Both the position numbers and the translations under genes were made by a program. From assembly GCA_013822395.1 (NCBI GenBank), contig PNKK01000011.1:4557-68556 (forward strand): a DNA stretch of 64,000 nt, given 5' to 3'. Of this stretch, positions 27,401-36,410 are shown piece by piece. The stretch comes from Anaerolinea sp. GTDB lineage: Bacteria > Chloroflexota > Limnocylindria > Limnocylindrales > CSP1-4. The notes beneath the pieces are model-generated. The model did no database searches, was not told the origin of the DNA, and was given only the letters and a program-made list of their open reading frames with translations. Within the stretch, counting starts at the first letter, position 1; each line of letters begins with the position of its first letter.

Positions 27401-28834
27401 GACCCGACCGTCGGTCGCTGGACCGGCCCGGACCCGATCCGCTTCGACGGCGGCGACGCGAACCTCTACCGCTACGTGGGCGGCGACCCGGTCAACCGCG
27501 TGGATCCGACCGGCCTGGGCGACGTACCGCCTCCGCCGCCTTCACCCAAGTTCAGATGCCTTGCTCTTTCCTGCTTCGGGCCCGGTACCGGCATGGAGAA
27601 ATCAGGTGGTGCTGTCGCCTTCTACTCCGGCTCCGGCTCGGGGGGCTTCACGTGTGTGGGTTTCGTGTGCGAGAACGTGAGCAGCGGGGCAGGCTGCTAT
27701 GGCGGGTACTGCTCATACGGCGATCCTCATCTCAAGACTGCCGACGGCCGCCCCCTCGATTTCCAGGCGGCCGGCGAGTTCCTGGTCATCGCGTCACCGG
27801 ACGGCAGCGTTGTGGTCCAGGCTCGACAGGAGCCCGTCGGGAGCTCGACGCTCGTCACGTACAACACCGCCGTCGCCGCGTCCGTCGCCGGAGACCGCGT
27901 CGGGGTCTACGCCGACGACGCTCGCCCGTTGACCATCGGCGGCAAGCCGATGACGCGCGTCGACTTCTCGGTGCGCCTGCCGAACGGCGGGATCGTCGAG
28001 CGCCACGGATCCGTGGTCACGATCGACTGGCCGAGCGGCGACAGGCTGACGGTCATCCGCAACGGCGATCACCTCGACTACGGATTCGTCCCGGGCGCGA
28101 CGGACGGACCGGTGCTGACCGGTCTTCTCGGCAGCGCCGACGGCAACGTTGCCAACGACCTCACGAGCCGCGGCGGCGGCGTCCTCGACCCGTCGGATCC
28201 GGAGTTCTTCGCCAGGCTGTACGACCCGTTCGGCGCCAGCTGGCGCATCGCCCAAGCCGAATCGCTCTTCGACTACGCTCCCGGCGAGAGCACGGCGACC
28301 TTCACGCGCCTGGACATCCCGAGCGGCCCGGCGACCATCGAGACGCTCGACCAGGCGACCCGCGACCGGGCAGAGGTTCTCTGCCGTGCCGTCGGCGTCC
28401 ACACCGAGCCGACGCTCACGAACTGCATCCTCGACGTCGGGTCCACCGGCGACTCGTCCTACGCAGCCTCCTCAGCGGCGGCGGCGGCCGCGAGCGGGGG
28501 GCGTGGCTCGGCAGCGGCGGCGGGAGGGGGAGAGGCGTCACCGATCGCCGTTGGCGCGACCGCCAGCGGCGTGATCGCCGCGCCGGACGAGAAGGCTCGC
28601 TACACGTTCGCCGGCCGGGCCGGCCAGGTCGTCTACCTCGAGGCCCGGGGGCCCTGCGTCGACGGACTGCTCTGGCGCCTCATCGGTCCGAACACCGAGT
28701 CGCTCGGGTTCGACTTCGCCTGCAAGGACCTCGGCCGGAAGGTCCTGCCCGCCACGGGCACGTACACGATCGAGCTCTACACCGACGGCACCGCCACCGG
28801 CGCCTACGCTTTCCGGCTCCGCTCCGGTACGTGA
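24446..28834 (+). CDS. Rhs/YD-repeat family lipoprotein with VWD-like and PPC-like C-terminal domains
   Basis: Signal/lipobox LILVWLLVFAAC. Dozens of YD repeats (YDDAGRL, YGFDDTGRLTSL, YAYDAATGLV...). RHS core end YRYVGGDPVNRVDPTGL at ~27470-27518. Then a Cys-rich linker, GDPHLKTADGRPLDFQAAGEF (VWD start) and a terminal ARYTFAGRAGQVVYLEA...TYTIELY...GAYAFRL beta-sandwich-like segment. Start could also be ATG 24425. Confidence 0.9.
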   Translation: MSTDHRRPGRPVRYLILVWLLVFAACNPAPGPTPSASPASSAPPTTGQAGRLALEECDPAGYVPCEHQAVVLAIPLAGTGLSLTYSSEWAAGRIDRTGWDAGRLGLGGWSIDALVRYDAANGVLLDGDGSWRLTRPVRLASGEQAIPSYDGRRAYVLDLAGRHVRTVDAVLGTTLVTFTYDDAGRLSGARGWLDGRAIRLTVERSTDGAPSGLVGASGATTALALDGNGHPRWVEDPAGRAVLLSSTRTGLVTVYVDAAGGTTTYGFDDTGRLTSLMDPDGVTRRYERTDAAGRIEVRVSTPLKRVATYGVEQAAGGVKRTYVAADGTTTAMTADASGLRTIGLPDGTRITLGAQPDPRWGLGAPLPTPMVETRPDGVQRRVGIRQTVETAPGDPLAVTAWSRTTSVDGKDWVETADPVARSITWTDPAGRRTTQAYDGGGRLLRQTAPGQPEVTLSYDELDRLASETRGSGAAAATTRYAYDAATGLVRVTRPDGRVDQFGFDANGRIVRRTAPDGSTLLLAYDGAGRITAVRPPGRASFTLGNSTAGRPTGFLPPTVGDDGSYEARTYDDDGNSAALRGPGERSIDIGYDDAGRPVTVTFDQGRSTSEYDPQTGLLAKTGAPGGVETTYIRAGATLAGLAWSGPVTGSVSLLLDPERRVVGETVGGSSEVRSSYDGSGLLTGIGDLTMTRDPVSGLATKATLGTVDTTWEYDANGRVTRATTVANGSTLLDLRYERDALGRIVTVGEARGGARPTTTQYAYDDADRLATVTVDGKVVEQDGYDAAGNRTAVSGPTGDVRATYDDRDRLVQWGTGRYGYAPDGTLTRRTDGGTVTTYDVDDFGTLRAVTLPNGRRIGYVVDGNGRRIGRSVDGRLVAGYLYRPDGSIVAELNGSGATLARFAYDDLGRLALVQRGGRTYRVVTDQLGSPLLVIDAQSGEIAESITYDAWGNIVSDTGPGLVPFGFAGGLRDPDTGLVRFGARDYDPTVGRWTGPDPIRFDGGDANLYRYVGGDPVNRVDPTGLGDVPPPPPSPKFRCLALSCFGPGTGMEKSGGAVAFYSGSGSGGFTCVGFVCENVSSGAGCYGGYCSYGDPHLKTADGRPLDFQAAGEFLVIASPDGSVVVQARQEPVGSSTLVTYNTAVAASVAGDRVGVYADDARPLTIGGKPMTRVDFSVRLPNGGIVERHGSVVTIDWPSGDRLTVIRNGDHLDYGFVPGATDGPVLTGLLGSADGNVANDLTSRGGGVLDPSDPEFFARLYDPFGASWRIAQAESLFDYAPGESTATFTRLDIPSGPATIETLDQATRDRAEVLCRAVGVHTEPTLTNCILDVGSTGDSSYAASSAAAAAASGGRGSAAAAGGGEASPIAVGATASGVIAAPDEKARYTFAGRAGQVVYLEARGPCVDGLLWRLIGPNTESLGFDFACKDLGRKVLPATGTYTIELYTDGTATGAYAFRLRSGT

Positions 28835-29376
28835 CAAGTCAGCCGTCTCGCGATGAGGTGGCTCCTGCGAAGGTCGCCCGAGTGACAGACCGTGACCGGG
28901 GGACCGTCCGCTACCCGGAGGCAGCATGAACATGGCGCTTGACGAGCAGGCGTCGGTGCTCGTCAGGGTGCCGCCGAGCGGCGCCGTCCGGTGAGTCCGA
29001 AGCCAGGTGACGGTCAGCTTGGCCACGAAGACGGTCGGCGTGCTTCCAGACGGCGTTGACGGGGCCACGGCGGGGGCGCCGGGCTCCCGATGGTGTGTCC
29101 AGGGCGACGTTGTCCGGGTCGCTCGCGGCGATCGTGGGCCGTCACGAGTCCCGCGGATGACACGGCCCAGGCGGTGATCGACAGGCTGGCCGGAGTCTCG
29201 CGCCGCACGACCTTCGTGCCGACGGTCGCGGACTGCTTCGTGATCCCGGACAGCCCCCGGCACTTGACGTACCAGCTCAGTGCCCTCGTCTCGTCCGTAG
29301 GACCTTTGGGTTGGGACTGGACTGGCCCTGTTGGGTCGTGGCGGGTCCGACGCGGTGCGCTCACGCTGGCTGCCCA

Positions 29377-31842
29377 GTGGACAGACCTCGACTCGCCGCC
29401 CGCAGCACCCAAACCGCCCGCGCCGGCCGTACCTCGCGGACGGCGGTGCTGCTCTCAGCTGTCATCCTGAGCCTGCTCCTGGCGGGCCCTGCAATCGCCG
29501 CTTCGCAGGCGTTCGCGACACCAAAGACGCTTGCCCCTGCCTGCAGTGGCGTGAACCTTCGGACCTCTGCCTCCCCAAGCGCCAGCATCAAGGTCAAGCT
29601 CGGCCTCGCGAGCCGCGTGACGATCTCGAGCACGGTGAGCGGGTCGCCATGGCGCACCAGCTGCCCGGGCTGGAAGTCTGGCTCGTCCTGGTACACGGTG
29701 ACCCAGGTCGATGGGCGGGCGGTGAGCGCCCTCTACGGCCTGCCCGCCCTGTACGCGGCAACCGGCGTGCTTGTTGCGCCGACCGCCGCCGCTGCTCCAG
29801 TCCCGTCTCCCGCCCCCACCCCCCCGCCGACATCGACCGTCGCTGCCCCCGCCGCGGTTCCTGCCGCCGAGGTCAGCCCCGCATCTGCGGACGGTACCAT
29901 CTACGTGCCGGCGTGTAGCGGCATCAACCTGCGGACGTCCGCCTCCACAAGCGCGACGATCAAGGTCAAGCTCAATCCTGGCAGCACGGTGACCGCCCCG
30001 GGAGCCGTGACCGGGCCCGCGTGGACCACGACCTGCCCGACGTCGAAGGCCGGCTCATCGTGGTACGTCATCACCCAGATCAACGGTCAGGGCGTCAGCG
30101 CACTGTACGGCGTCCCGTTCCTGTTTGCGGCAGGCGGGGTGCTCGTCACGCAGGCTGGCCCGCCGGCACCCACCCAGCCGGCGACCAGCTCCGCGCCGCC
30201 AGAACCGACGCCGCCTCCGGCGCCCACCCTCGCCGCGCCCCCCGCGCCCGTGCCTGCTGCGCCTGCCGTCGCGCCCGGGACGGACACGGTGCTCGCCGCG
30301 GCCTGCGACGGCGTCAACCTCCGGACGGTGGCATCGACGAGCGGAACATTGAAGGCGAAGCTCCCCCTTGCCGCCGTCGTGACCGTCTCGGGCACCGTCA
30401 TCGGCTCCTCGTGGAGCGCGACCTGTCCGACCGCCAAGTCCGGCTCCTCCTGGTATGTCGTCACGCAGGTCAACGGCCAGCCCGTCGGCGGGCTGTACGG
30501 CGTCTCCGCGCTCTACGCGGCGGCGGGGGTCCTGACGGCGCCCGCCACGGGTGCCTCGACCGTCGTGCCCACCCCCACGGCCGCGGCACCGGTCGCCACC
30601 CCTGCCCCCGTCGGTGGTGCGACGACCGTCTCGACCGTCGTCTCGGGGACCGTCCTCGGTCCAAGCACGACCTTCTACGGCCGCGGCTACGGTCACGGCG
30701 TCGGGTTGTCGCAGTACGGCGCCCGCGGCCGGGCGCTCGCCGGTCAGCTCGCACCGGAGATCCTGGCGAACTACTTCCCAGGCACGGCGATCGGGTCGAT
30801 CTCGGTCGACACCGCGATCCGGGTGCTCCTCCTCGACAACTTCGCCCCGACGTCCGTCAAGCCGCTGACCGTCTACGGTCGGGGCGGCGGGTGGTCCTTC
30901 GCCGATGTTGGGATCGAGTTCCCCGCCGATGCCCGGCTCCGGGTCTTTCCGCCGACCTCCTGGGGTGAGTCCTGGCGGGCGATCGTCGATGTCGCGGCGA
31001 CCCAGGTCCTGTACGACGGTCCCATCGCGACGGACTTCAGGATCCGCGGCACGACCGAGGCGACCACCCTTCAGCTCTTCTCCAAGCCATCGGTCTATGA
31101 CCTCTACCGGGGCACCCTCCGCGTCCTCGCGCTGGGAGCGACCGTGGACGTGGTCAACGAGCTGTCGCTGGAGACGTACCTCCGCGGCGTCGTGCCGGCC
31201 GAGATGCCGACGTCCTGGCCGCTCGAGGCCCGGATCGCCCAGACGATCGTGGCACGGTCGTACGCGGCCTACCAGCTGCGCCCCGCGTCGGGCACCTTCG
31301 ACGTCTACGACGACACGCGCTCGCAGGTGTACCTGGGCGTCCGCCAGGAGAAGCCCGACGCCGATGCCGTCATCGCCTCGACGGCCGGCCAGGTCCTGCG
31401 CTACGGGTTGTCGCTCGTCAACGCCGTGTTCCACTCGACGGCGGGCGGCGCCACCGAGAACAATGAGAACGTCTTCGTCTCACCCACGGGCGCGAGGGTG
31501 GCGACCCCGCTGCCGTACCTCCGTGGCTCGCCCGACCGCGATCCGGCCGGCGTCCCATACGATGCGGGCGCGCCATACGCCACTTGGCAGACGAAGGCAT
31601 ATACCGCGGCCGACCTGTCCGCGATCTTCGCGAAAGATGCCCGGACCAACGTGGGAACGCTCATCAGCCTGGACCTGCGCAATCGGGGCGTCTCGGGTCG
31701 CCTGATCAACGTGACACTCATCGGCTCGGGCGGGACGAGGACCGTTTCGGGGGCCGTGTTCATCGCGGCCTTCAACGCCGGCAAGCCGTCGGCGGACCCA
31801 CCGCTCCGCGGGACCCTCCTGGACGTCGCCCCGATTCCCTGA
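29377..31842 (+). CDS. SpoIID/LytB-domain protein with three N-terminal SH3b-like repeats
   Basis: A signal peptide, then three ~80-aa repeats ([12 protein letters not shown]...[11 protein letters not shown]...LYAATGVL) separated by Pro/Ala linkers. The C-terminal SpoIID motif is [23 protein letters not shown] 29377 is preferred over the TTG at 29311. Confidence 0.85.
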   Translation: MDRPRLAARSTQTARAGRTSRTAVLLSAVILSLLLAGPAIAASQAFATPKTLAPACSGVNLRTSASPSASIKVKLGLASRVTISSTVSGSPWRTSCPGWKSGSSWYTVTQVDGRAVSALYGLPALYAATGVLVAPTAAAAPVPSPAPTPPPTSTVAAPAAVPAAEVSPASADGTIYVPACSGINLRTSASTSATIKVKLNPGSTVTAPGAVTGPAWTTTCPTSKAGSSWYVITQINGQGVSALYGVPFLFAAGGVLVTQAGPPAPTQPATSSAPPEPTPPPAPTLAAPPAPVPAAPAVAPGTDTVLAAACDGVNLRTVASTSGTLKAKLPLAAVVTVSGTVIGSSWSATCPTAKSGSSWYVVTQVNGQPVGGLYGVSALYAAAGVLTAPATGASTVVPTPTAAAPVATPAPVGGATTVSTVVSGTVLGPSTTFYGRGYGHGVGLSQYGARGRALAGQLAPEILANYFPGTAIGSISVDTAIRVLLLDNFAPTSVKPLTVYGRGGGWSFADVGIEFPADARLRVFPPTSWGESWRAIVDVAATQVLYDGPIATDFRIRGTTEATTLQLFSKPSVYDLYRGTLRVLALGATVDVVNELSLETYLRGVVPAEMPTSWPLEARIAQTIVARSYAAYQLRPASGTFDVYDDTRSQVYLGVRQEKPDADAVIASTAGQVLRYGLSLVNAVFHSTAGGATENNENVFVSPTGARVATPLPYLRGSPDRDPAGVPYDAGAPYATWQTKAYTAADLSAIFAKDARTNVGTLISLDLRNRGVSGRLINVTLIGSGGTRTVSGAVFIAAFNAGKPSADPPLRGTLLDVAPIP

Positions 31843-31945
31843 CCCTTTCCGGGGGCCCGGCGTGCGCCCGTCGGCATGCCTCTCCTTCGCACGGTCGCAG
31901 GAGGCTGCTACGCTCTCCGCTCCCGAGACGGAGGAGGGTCCCGAC

Positions 31946-33316
31946 ATGGCATCTGATCGGACGAAGTTCATCCTCGACGAGGAGCGCATCCCGCGGGCCT
32001 GGTACAACATCGCCGCCGACCTTTCGGCACCGGCGCCGCCGGTCCTCCATCCGGGCACCGGGCAGCCGATCGGGCCGGGGGACCTGGCGCCGCTCTTCCC
32101 GATGGAGCTGATCAAGCAGGTCGTCAGCCAGGATCGGGAGATCGAGATCCCTGAGCCGGTCCGGGATGCCTACCGGCTCTACCGGCCAAGCCCGCTGTAC
32201 CGAGCCCACCGCCTGGAGAAGGCGCTCGATACCCCGGCCCACATCTACTACAAGTACGAGGGCGGCAGCCCGTCGGGCAGCCACAAGCCCAACACCGCAC
32301 TGCCCCAGGCGTTCTACAACCAGCAGGAGGGCGTGACCCGCCTCGCGACGGAGACCGGCGCCGGGCAGTGGGGGTCCGCGCTCGCGTTCGCGGGTGCCGT
32401 CTTCGGCCTCGACGTCAAGGTCTTCATGGTCCGCAGCAGCTTCGACCAGAAGCCGTATCGACGGGTCCTCATGGAGACCTACGGCGCACAGGTCGTGGCC
32501 AGCCCGAGCCCGGACACGCAGTACGGCCGCAGCGTCCTGGCGGACAGGCCGGACCACACCGGGTCGCTCGGCCTCGCGATCAGCGAGGCGATCGAGGACA
32601 CGGTCACGCATCCGGGCACCAAGTACTCGCTCGGGTCGGTCTTCGACTTCGTCCTGCTCCATCAGACCGTCATCGGCCAGGAGGCGATCGAGCAGATGAC
32701 GCTGGCCGGCGAGGAGCCCGATGTCCTCATCGGTTGCGCCGGCGGCGGATCGAACTTCGCCGGGCTGACCTTCCCGTTCATCGGCCGCGGCCTGCGCGGC
32801 GGCCCGAAGCCGCGGGTCGTTGCGGTCGAGCCGGAGGCCGCGCCCTCGTTGACCAAGGGCGTCTACCGCTACGACTTCGGCGACACCGCGCGGATGACCC
32901 CGCTGGTCAAGATGCACACGCTGGGCCACGACTTCATCCCCGAGCCGATCCACGCCGGCGGCCTCCGCTACCACGGCATGTCGCCGCTCGTGTCGATGCT
33001 CAAGGAGCAGGGGCTCATCGAGGCGCGCGCGGTCCACCAGCGGGCGACGTTCGAGGCCGGTGTCCGATTCGCCCGGGCGGAAGGAATCCTCCCGGCACCC
33101 GAGCCGACCCACGCGATCAAGGTGGCGATCGACGAGGCGGTCGAGGCCCGCGCCGAGGGCCGATCCCGCGTGATCCTCTTCAACCTCTGCGGCCACGGCC
33201 ACTTCGACCTGTCCGCCTACGAGCGCTACCTGTCCGGCCAGCTCGAGGACTTCGAGTACCCGGCCGAGAAGGTCGCCGAAGCGCTTCGCGCGCTCGAGGG
33301 CCTGCCGGTCGGCTGA
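31946..33316 (+). CDS. trpB: TrpB2-type tryptophan synthase beta-like PLP enzyme
   Basis: 456-aa product. PLP-lysine context GSHKPNTA, and [11 protein letters not shown]. Long-form TrpB2 features. SD GGAGGAGGG upstream. No other trp genes are adjacent. Confidence 0.88.
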   Translation: MASDRTKFILDEERIPRAWYNIAADLSAPAPPVLHPGTGQPIGPGDLAPLFPMELIKQVVSQDREIEIPEPVRDAYRLYRPSPLYRAHRLEKALDTPAHIYYKYEGGSPSGSHKPNTALPQAFYNQQEGVTRLATETGAGQWGSALAFAGAVFGLDVKVFMVRSSFDQKPYRRVLMETYGAQVVASPSPDTQYGRSVLADRPDHTGSLGLAISEAIEDTVTHPGTKYSLGSVFDFVLLHQTVIGQEAIEQMTLAGEEPDVLIGCAGGGSNFAGLTFPFIGRGLRGGPKPRVVAVEPEAAPSLTKGVYRYDFGDTARMTPLVKMHTLGHDFIPEPIHAGGLRYHGMSPLVSMLKEQGLIEARAVHQRATFEAGVRFARAEGILPAPEPTHAIKVAIDEAVEARAEGRSRVILFNLCGHGHFDLSAYERYLSGQLEDFEYPAEKVAEALRALEGLPVG

Positions 33317-33701
33317 GCCGCGGCTGCCGCGGTGGCCGACGGGCCGAAGCACCGACAGGCGCCACGCGGAAGGGCGCCGCGCCGGGCACGCTCGGGCTCG
33401 CGCCGACCCTCGCCAGCGTCTGCCTGCGACCAGCGCCGCTCGGATCGGGACCACCGACGATCCACGGTCGTACGACATCGCCGACGGGGCGGAGACGGCG
33501 CCGCCTACGACTCAGGGTCGTGGTATGCGACCGGCGATGCGGATTCGGCCCCACCGACGAACCGGCGTCGTACTGGGTGCCGGACCGCGTTCCCCTGACG
33601 CGTTGCGCGGTCTCGGCTGAGCACGGCGATACCTGCGGCGCCCCGGAAGCGGCGACTGACTCGCACCTACCACGAACCTGGGTCGTGGGTGGTGGGATCG
33701 G

Positions 33702-33836
33702 TCACCCGTTTCCGATCCGCGGCGGCTCCTGCGGGTCCACAGTGAACGCATGAAGGGCGATCGCGTCGAGGCCGTCGTCGATACAGGCCAGGGTGTCCAG
33801 ACGTTCGGGGTCCCTGCGCTCCTCCTGCCGCGCCAT
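33702..33836 (-). CDS. candidate 44-aa ORF downstream of the ArsR-SRPBCC gene
   Basis: The ATG lies 4 nt after the ArsR gene stop. High third-position GC. Translation MARQEERRDPERLDTLACIDDGLDAIALHAFTVDPQEPPRIGNG. No recognisable family. Confidence 0.25.
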   Translation of the reverse strand: MARQEERRDPERLDTLACIDDGLDAIALHAFTVDPQEPPRIGNG

Positions 33837-33840
33837 CGGG

Positions 33841-34623
33841 TCAGCCCGCCGCGCTGGCGGTCATCGGCCGGCCGGTCTCGACGAGGGTCTTGAGGCCGGA
33901 CACGATGTACACGATCCCGCCGCCGAACTCGGCCGCGGTCTTTGAGCCCTCGACGAGGCCGGAGGTGGTCACGGTCAGCTTCGTCGCATCGCCCTGGACC
34001 TCGAGGACCCAGGCCATCTCGACTGGGCCCTCGGCCTCGATGTCAGGATCCCAGCGGGCGTGGAAGGACATCCTGAGCCGGCTCGGCGGATCGATCTCGA
34101 GGACGCGACCGTCCGCCGCGATCGAGCCGTCGGGGTTGGCGTAGGTGAGGGGAGCGCCCGCCTCCCAGGTCGAATCGACCCGGGTGCCGTAGTAGTACCG
34201 CGCGGTCTCCGCGCCGTCCGTGATCGCTCGCCAGACGCGGTCAGGCGGAGCCTGGATGTAGACGCTGTAGACGTGATCGAAGGTGGACACGGGTGCCTCC
34301 AGGTGTCGTTTCATCGCGCTCAGCGCCCCGATGACCGGCTCGGCGTACTTGCTGATCCAGCGGTCGTGCATGAGCCGGATGGGGACCGGGTTGAGGCAGT
34401 GCCGCTTCTCCCGGCCCTCTCGCCGGGTCGTGATGAGGTCGGCCGCCTCCAGGACGTCCAGGTGCCGCATCACCCCGAACCGCGTCATCTCCGGCAGGTG
34501 CATGCACAGCTCGCCGAGCGTCTGGCCATCGCGCTCGAAGAGCCGGTCCAGCAGGAGCCGGCGGCTCGGGTCGCTCAGCGCCCGGAAGACCGGGAACATC
34601 GGGTCGATCGTCATCGCCGCCAC
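33841..34623 (-). CDS. ArsR/SmtB-family HTH regulator fused to an SRPBCC (Aha1-like) domain
   Basis: N-terminal wHTH (FRALSDPSRRLLLDRLFERDGQTLGELCMHLPEMTRFGVMRHLDVLEAADLI) and a C-terminal SRPBCC pattern (VYIQAPPDRVWRAITDG...). Confidence 0.85.
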   Translation of the reverse strand: MAAMTIDPMFPVFRALSDPSRRLLLDRLFERDGQTLGELCMHLPEMTRFGVMRHLDVLEAADLITTRREGREKRHCLNPVPIRLMHDRWISKYAEPVIGALSAMKRHLEAPVSTFDHVYSVYIQAPPDRVWRAITDGAETARYYYGTRVDSTWEAGAPLTYANPDGSIAADGRVLEIDPPSRLRMSFHARWDPDIEAEGPVEMAWVLEVQGDATKLTVTTSGLVEGSKTAAEFGGGIVYIVSGLKTLVETGRPMTASAAG

Positions 34624-35051
34624 GATATGTGACTAGATAGTCACGAGTCAAGCCCTCGCTGAGCCCCGTGTGCATCCCACGCCGCCCCCCCGGGCCGTGA
34701 TCGATGCCATTCATCAGATCCACAACAACCACGCTGGGCCCCACCGCGGATTCGTCGGAATCGGCGCAGGGCCACGCTCACCTGTGGCCGAAGTGATGAA
34801 CGAGATCGATCAGCGGGGTGGAGGATCCAGCGCCGGGCAGGGGATCGGCGGCCGGGTGCGGCACCGAGAAGGGATGTGCTTCCGGGGGTTTGGCCCTCGA
34901 GGACCCTGGCTTCCTTCCGCAGATGCCGCACGCACGATGAGCCCGGTGGAGGAGCTCGGGTCGAGAAGCCGGCGTGGCGCCGTCTGGCCGATCCGCGCTA
35001 CGTCCGGGGGTCGTGGTTGACGGCGCGGGTGCCGACGCCGAACCTCGTTCC

Positions 35052-35819
35052 ATGGACCACGTCGATCCGATGCCCGGAACTCCGCTCGAATCACTGGTGT
35101 CGGGGATCCGGGCCGCTCTCGGCGCGGATCTCGTCGGGATCTACCTGTACGGATCGTCGGTGTCCGGCGGCTTCGATCTCGGAGTGAGCGACCTCGATCT
35201 CGTCGCGGTGACCCGGGCGGAAGTCGAAGAGATCGACCTTGGCGGCCTCGACGAGATGCAGCGCGACATCGTTAGCCGCTACCCGGACTGGAACGATCGA
35301 CTCGAGATCGTCTACATCGGGAAGACGACGCTCCAGGCGTTCCGCACGAACTCCGGGTCGCTTGCCGTGATCAGCCCCGGCGAGCCCTTCCATGTCGTCG
35401 GCGGCGTGGCCGACTGGCTGCAGAACTGGTACCTCGTCCGGGAGACAGGCGTCACCCTCGACGGAGCCGCCGCGGCTGACGTCATGCCGACGATCTCGCG
35501 GGTCGAGTTCGTCGCGGCGGTGGCACGCTACGCCGGGTGGCTCGGAGCGTGGAGCCTCGGCGATCTCGGCGCGGGATCTCTTGCCTACGCGGTCCTATCG
35601 ACGTGCCGCGCTTGCCGGACCGTTCGGACGGGCGTGCCGTGCTCGAAGCATGAGGGGGCGGCCTGGGTGGCCGAGCGGATGCCCGAATGGGCCTGGCTCA
35701 TCGACACGGCACTCCGTTGCCGGCTGTCGGGAGGGAGGACTGGTTTCGACGACGAGCCGACGCGCGCCGCCGCCCGGACGTTCATCGCGCTTCTCGTCGA
35801 TGAGACACTTGGCCGATGA
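35052..35819 (+). CDS. nucleotidyltransferase-domain protein (ANT/AadA-like with DUF4111-type C-terminus)
   Basis: NTase motif GIYLYGSSVSGGFDLGVSDLDLV and an AadA-like C-terminal helical domain. Confidence 0.7.
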   Translation: MDHVDPMPGTPLESLVSGIRAALGADLVGIYLYGSSVSGGFDLGVSDLDLVAVTRAEVEEIDLGGLDEMQRDIVSRYPDWNDRLEIVYIGKTTLQAFRTNSGSLAVISPGEPFHVVGGVADWLQNWYLVRETGVTLDGAAAADVMPTISRVEFVAAVARYAGWLGAWSLGDLGAGSLAYAVLSTCRACRTVRTGVPCSKHEGAAWVAERMPEWAWLIDTALRCRLSGGRTGFDDEPTRAAARTFIALLVDETLGR

Positions 35820-36364
35820 CCGAACCTCGAAGTCCGCAGCCGACCCTGACCGACGGCGTCATCACGCTTCGGCCCTGGCGGCCGGACGACGCGCAGGCCG
35901 TGTTCGAGGCATGCCAGGACCCCGAGATCGCACGGTTCATCCCCATTCCACAGCCTTACAGGCTCGAGGACGGCGCGTGGTTCGTGGCCCACGCGGCGGA
36001 GGAATCAGCAGCCGGCCCGAGCGCCCACTTCGCGATCGTGGACGCGCTGACGGACCGCCTGCTCGGGTCCATCTCACGGCACGGTCCGAACGGCCACCGG
36101 GCGATGATCGGCTACTGGGTCGCAGCAGAGGCACGCGGGCGCGGTGTTGCGACCCGGGCCGTGCGGCTCCTGGTCGACTGGACGATGGCGACGACCGACG
36201 TCATTCGCCTCGAGCTCTACACAGACGTCGCGAACGAGCGATCCGGACGCGTCGCGCTCCGGGCCGGCTTCGAGCTCGAGGGCATCCGGCGCGCCTGGGA
36301 CCTCGACCGTGCCGGCCGTCCCATCGACGCCGCCTTCTACGTCCTGCTCCGCCTTCCCGGCTGA
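35816..36364 (+). CDS. GNAT N-acetyltransferase (RimJ/RimL-like)
   Basis: ITLRPWRPDDA...IGYWVAAEARGRGVATRAVRLLVDW. ATGA overlap with the upstream gene. Confidence 0.8.
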   Translation: MTEPRSPQPTLTDGVITLRPWRPDDAQAVFEACQDPEIARFIPIPQPYRLEDGAWFVAHAAEESAAGPSAHFAIVDALTDRLLGSISRHGPNGHRAMIGYWVAAEARGRGVATRAVRLLVDWTMATTDVIRLELYTDVANERSGRVALRAGFELEGIRRAWDLDRAGRPIDAAFYVLLRLPG

Positions 36365-36410
36365 GGTCCCGCGAACCGGCAAACGAGCCGACCCCTGCTA
36401 TCGTCATCGC

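Noticed and set aside
33316-33700. 88-aa and 124-aa ORFs in the trpB2-ArsR spacer.
   Set aside because: Both are Arg/Gly/Pro-rich and mutually overlapping with no start context. The hairpin repeats explain the sequence structure better.
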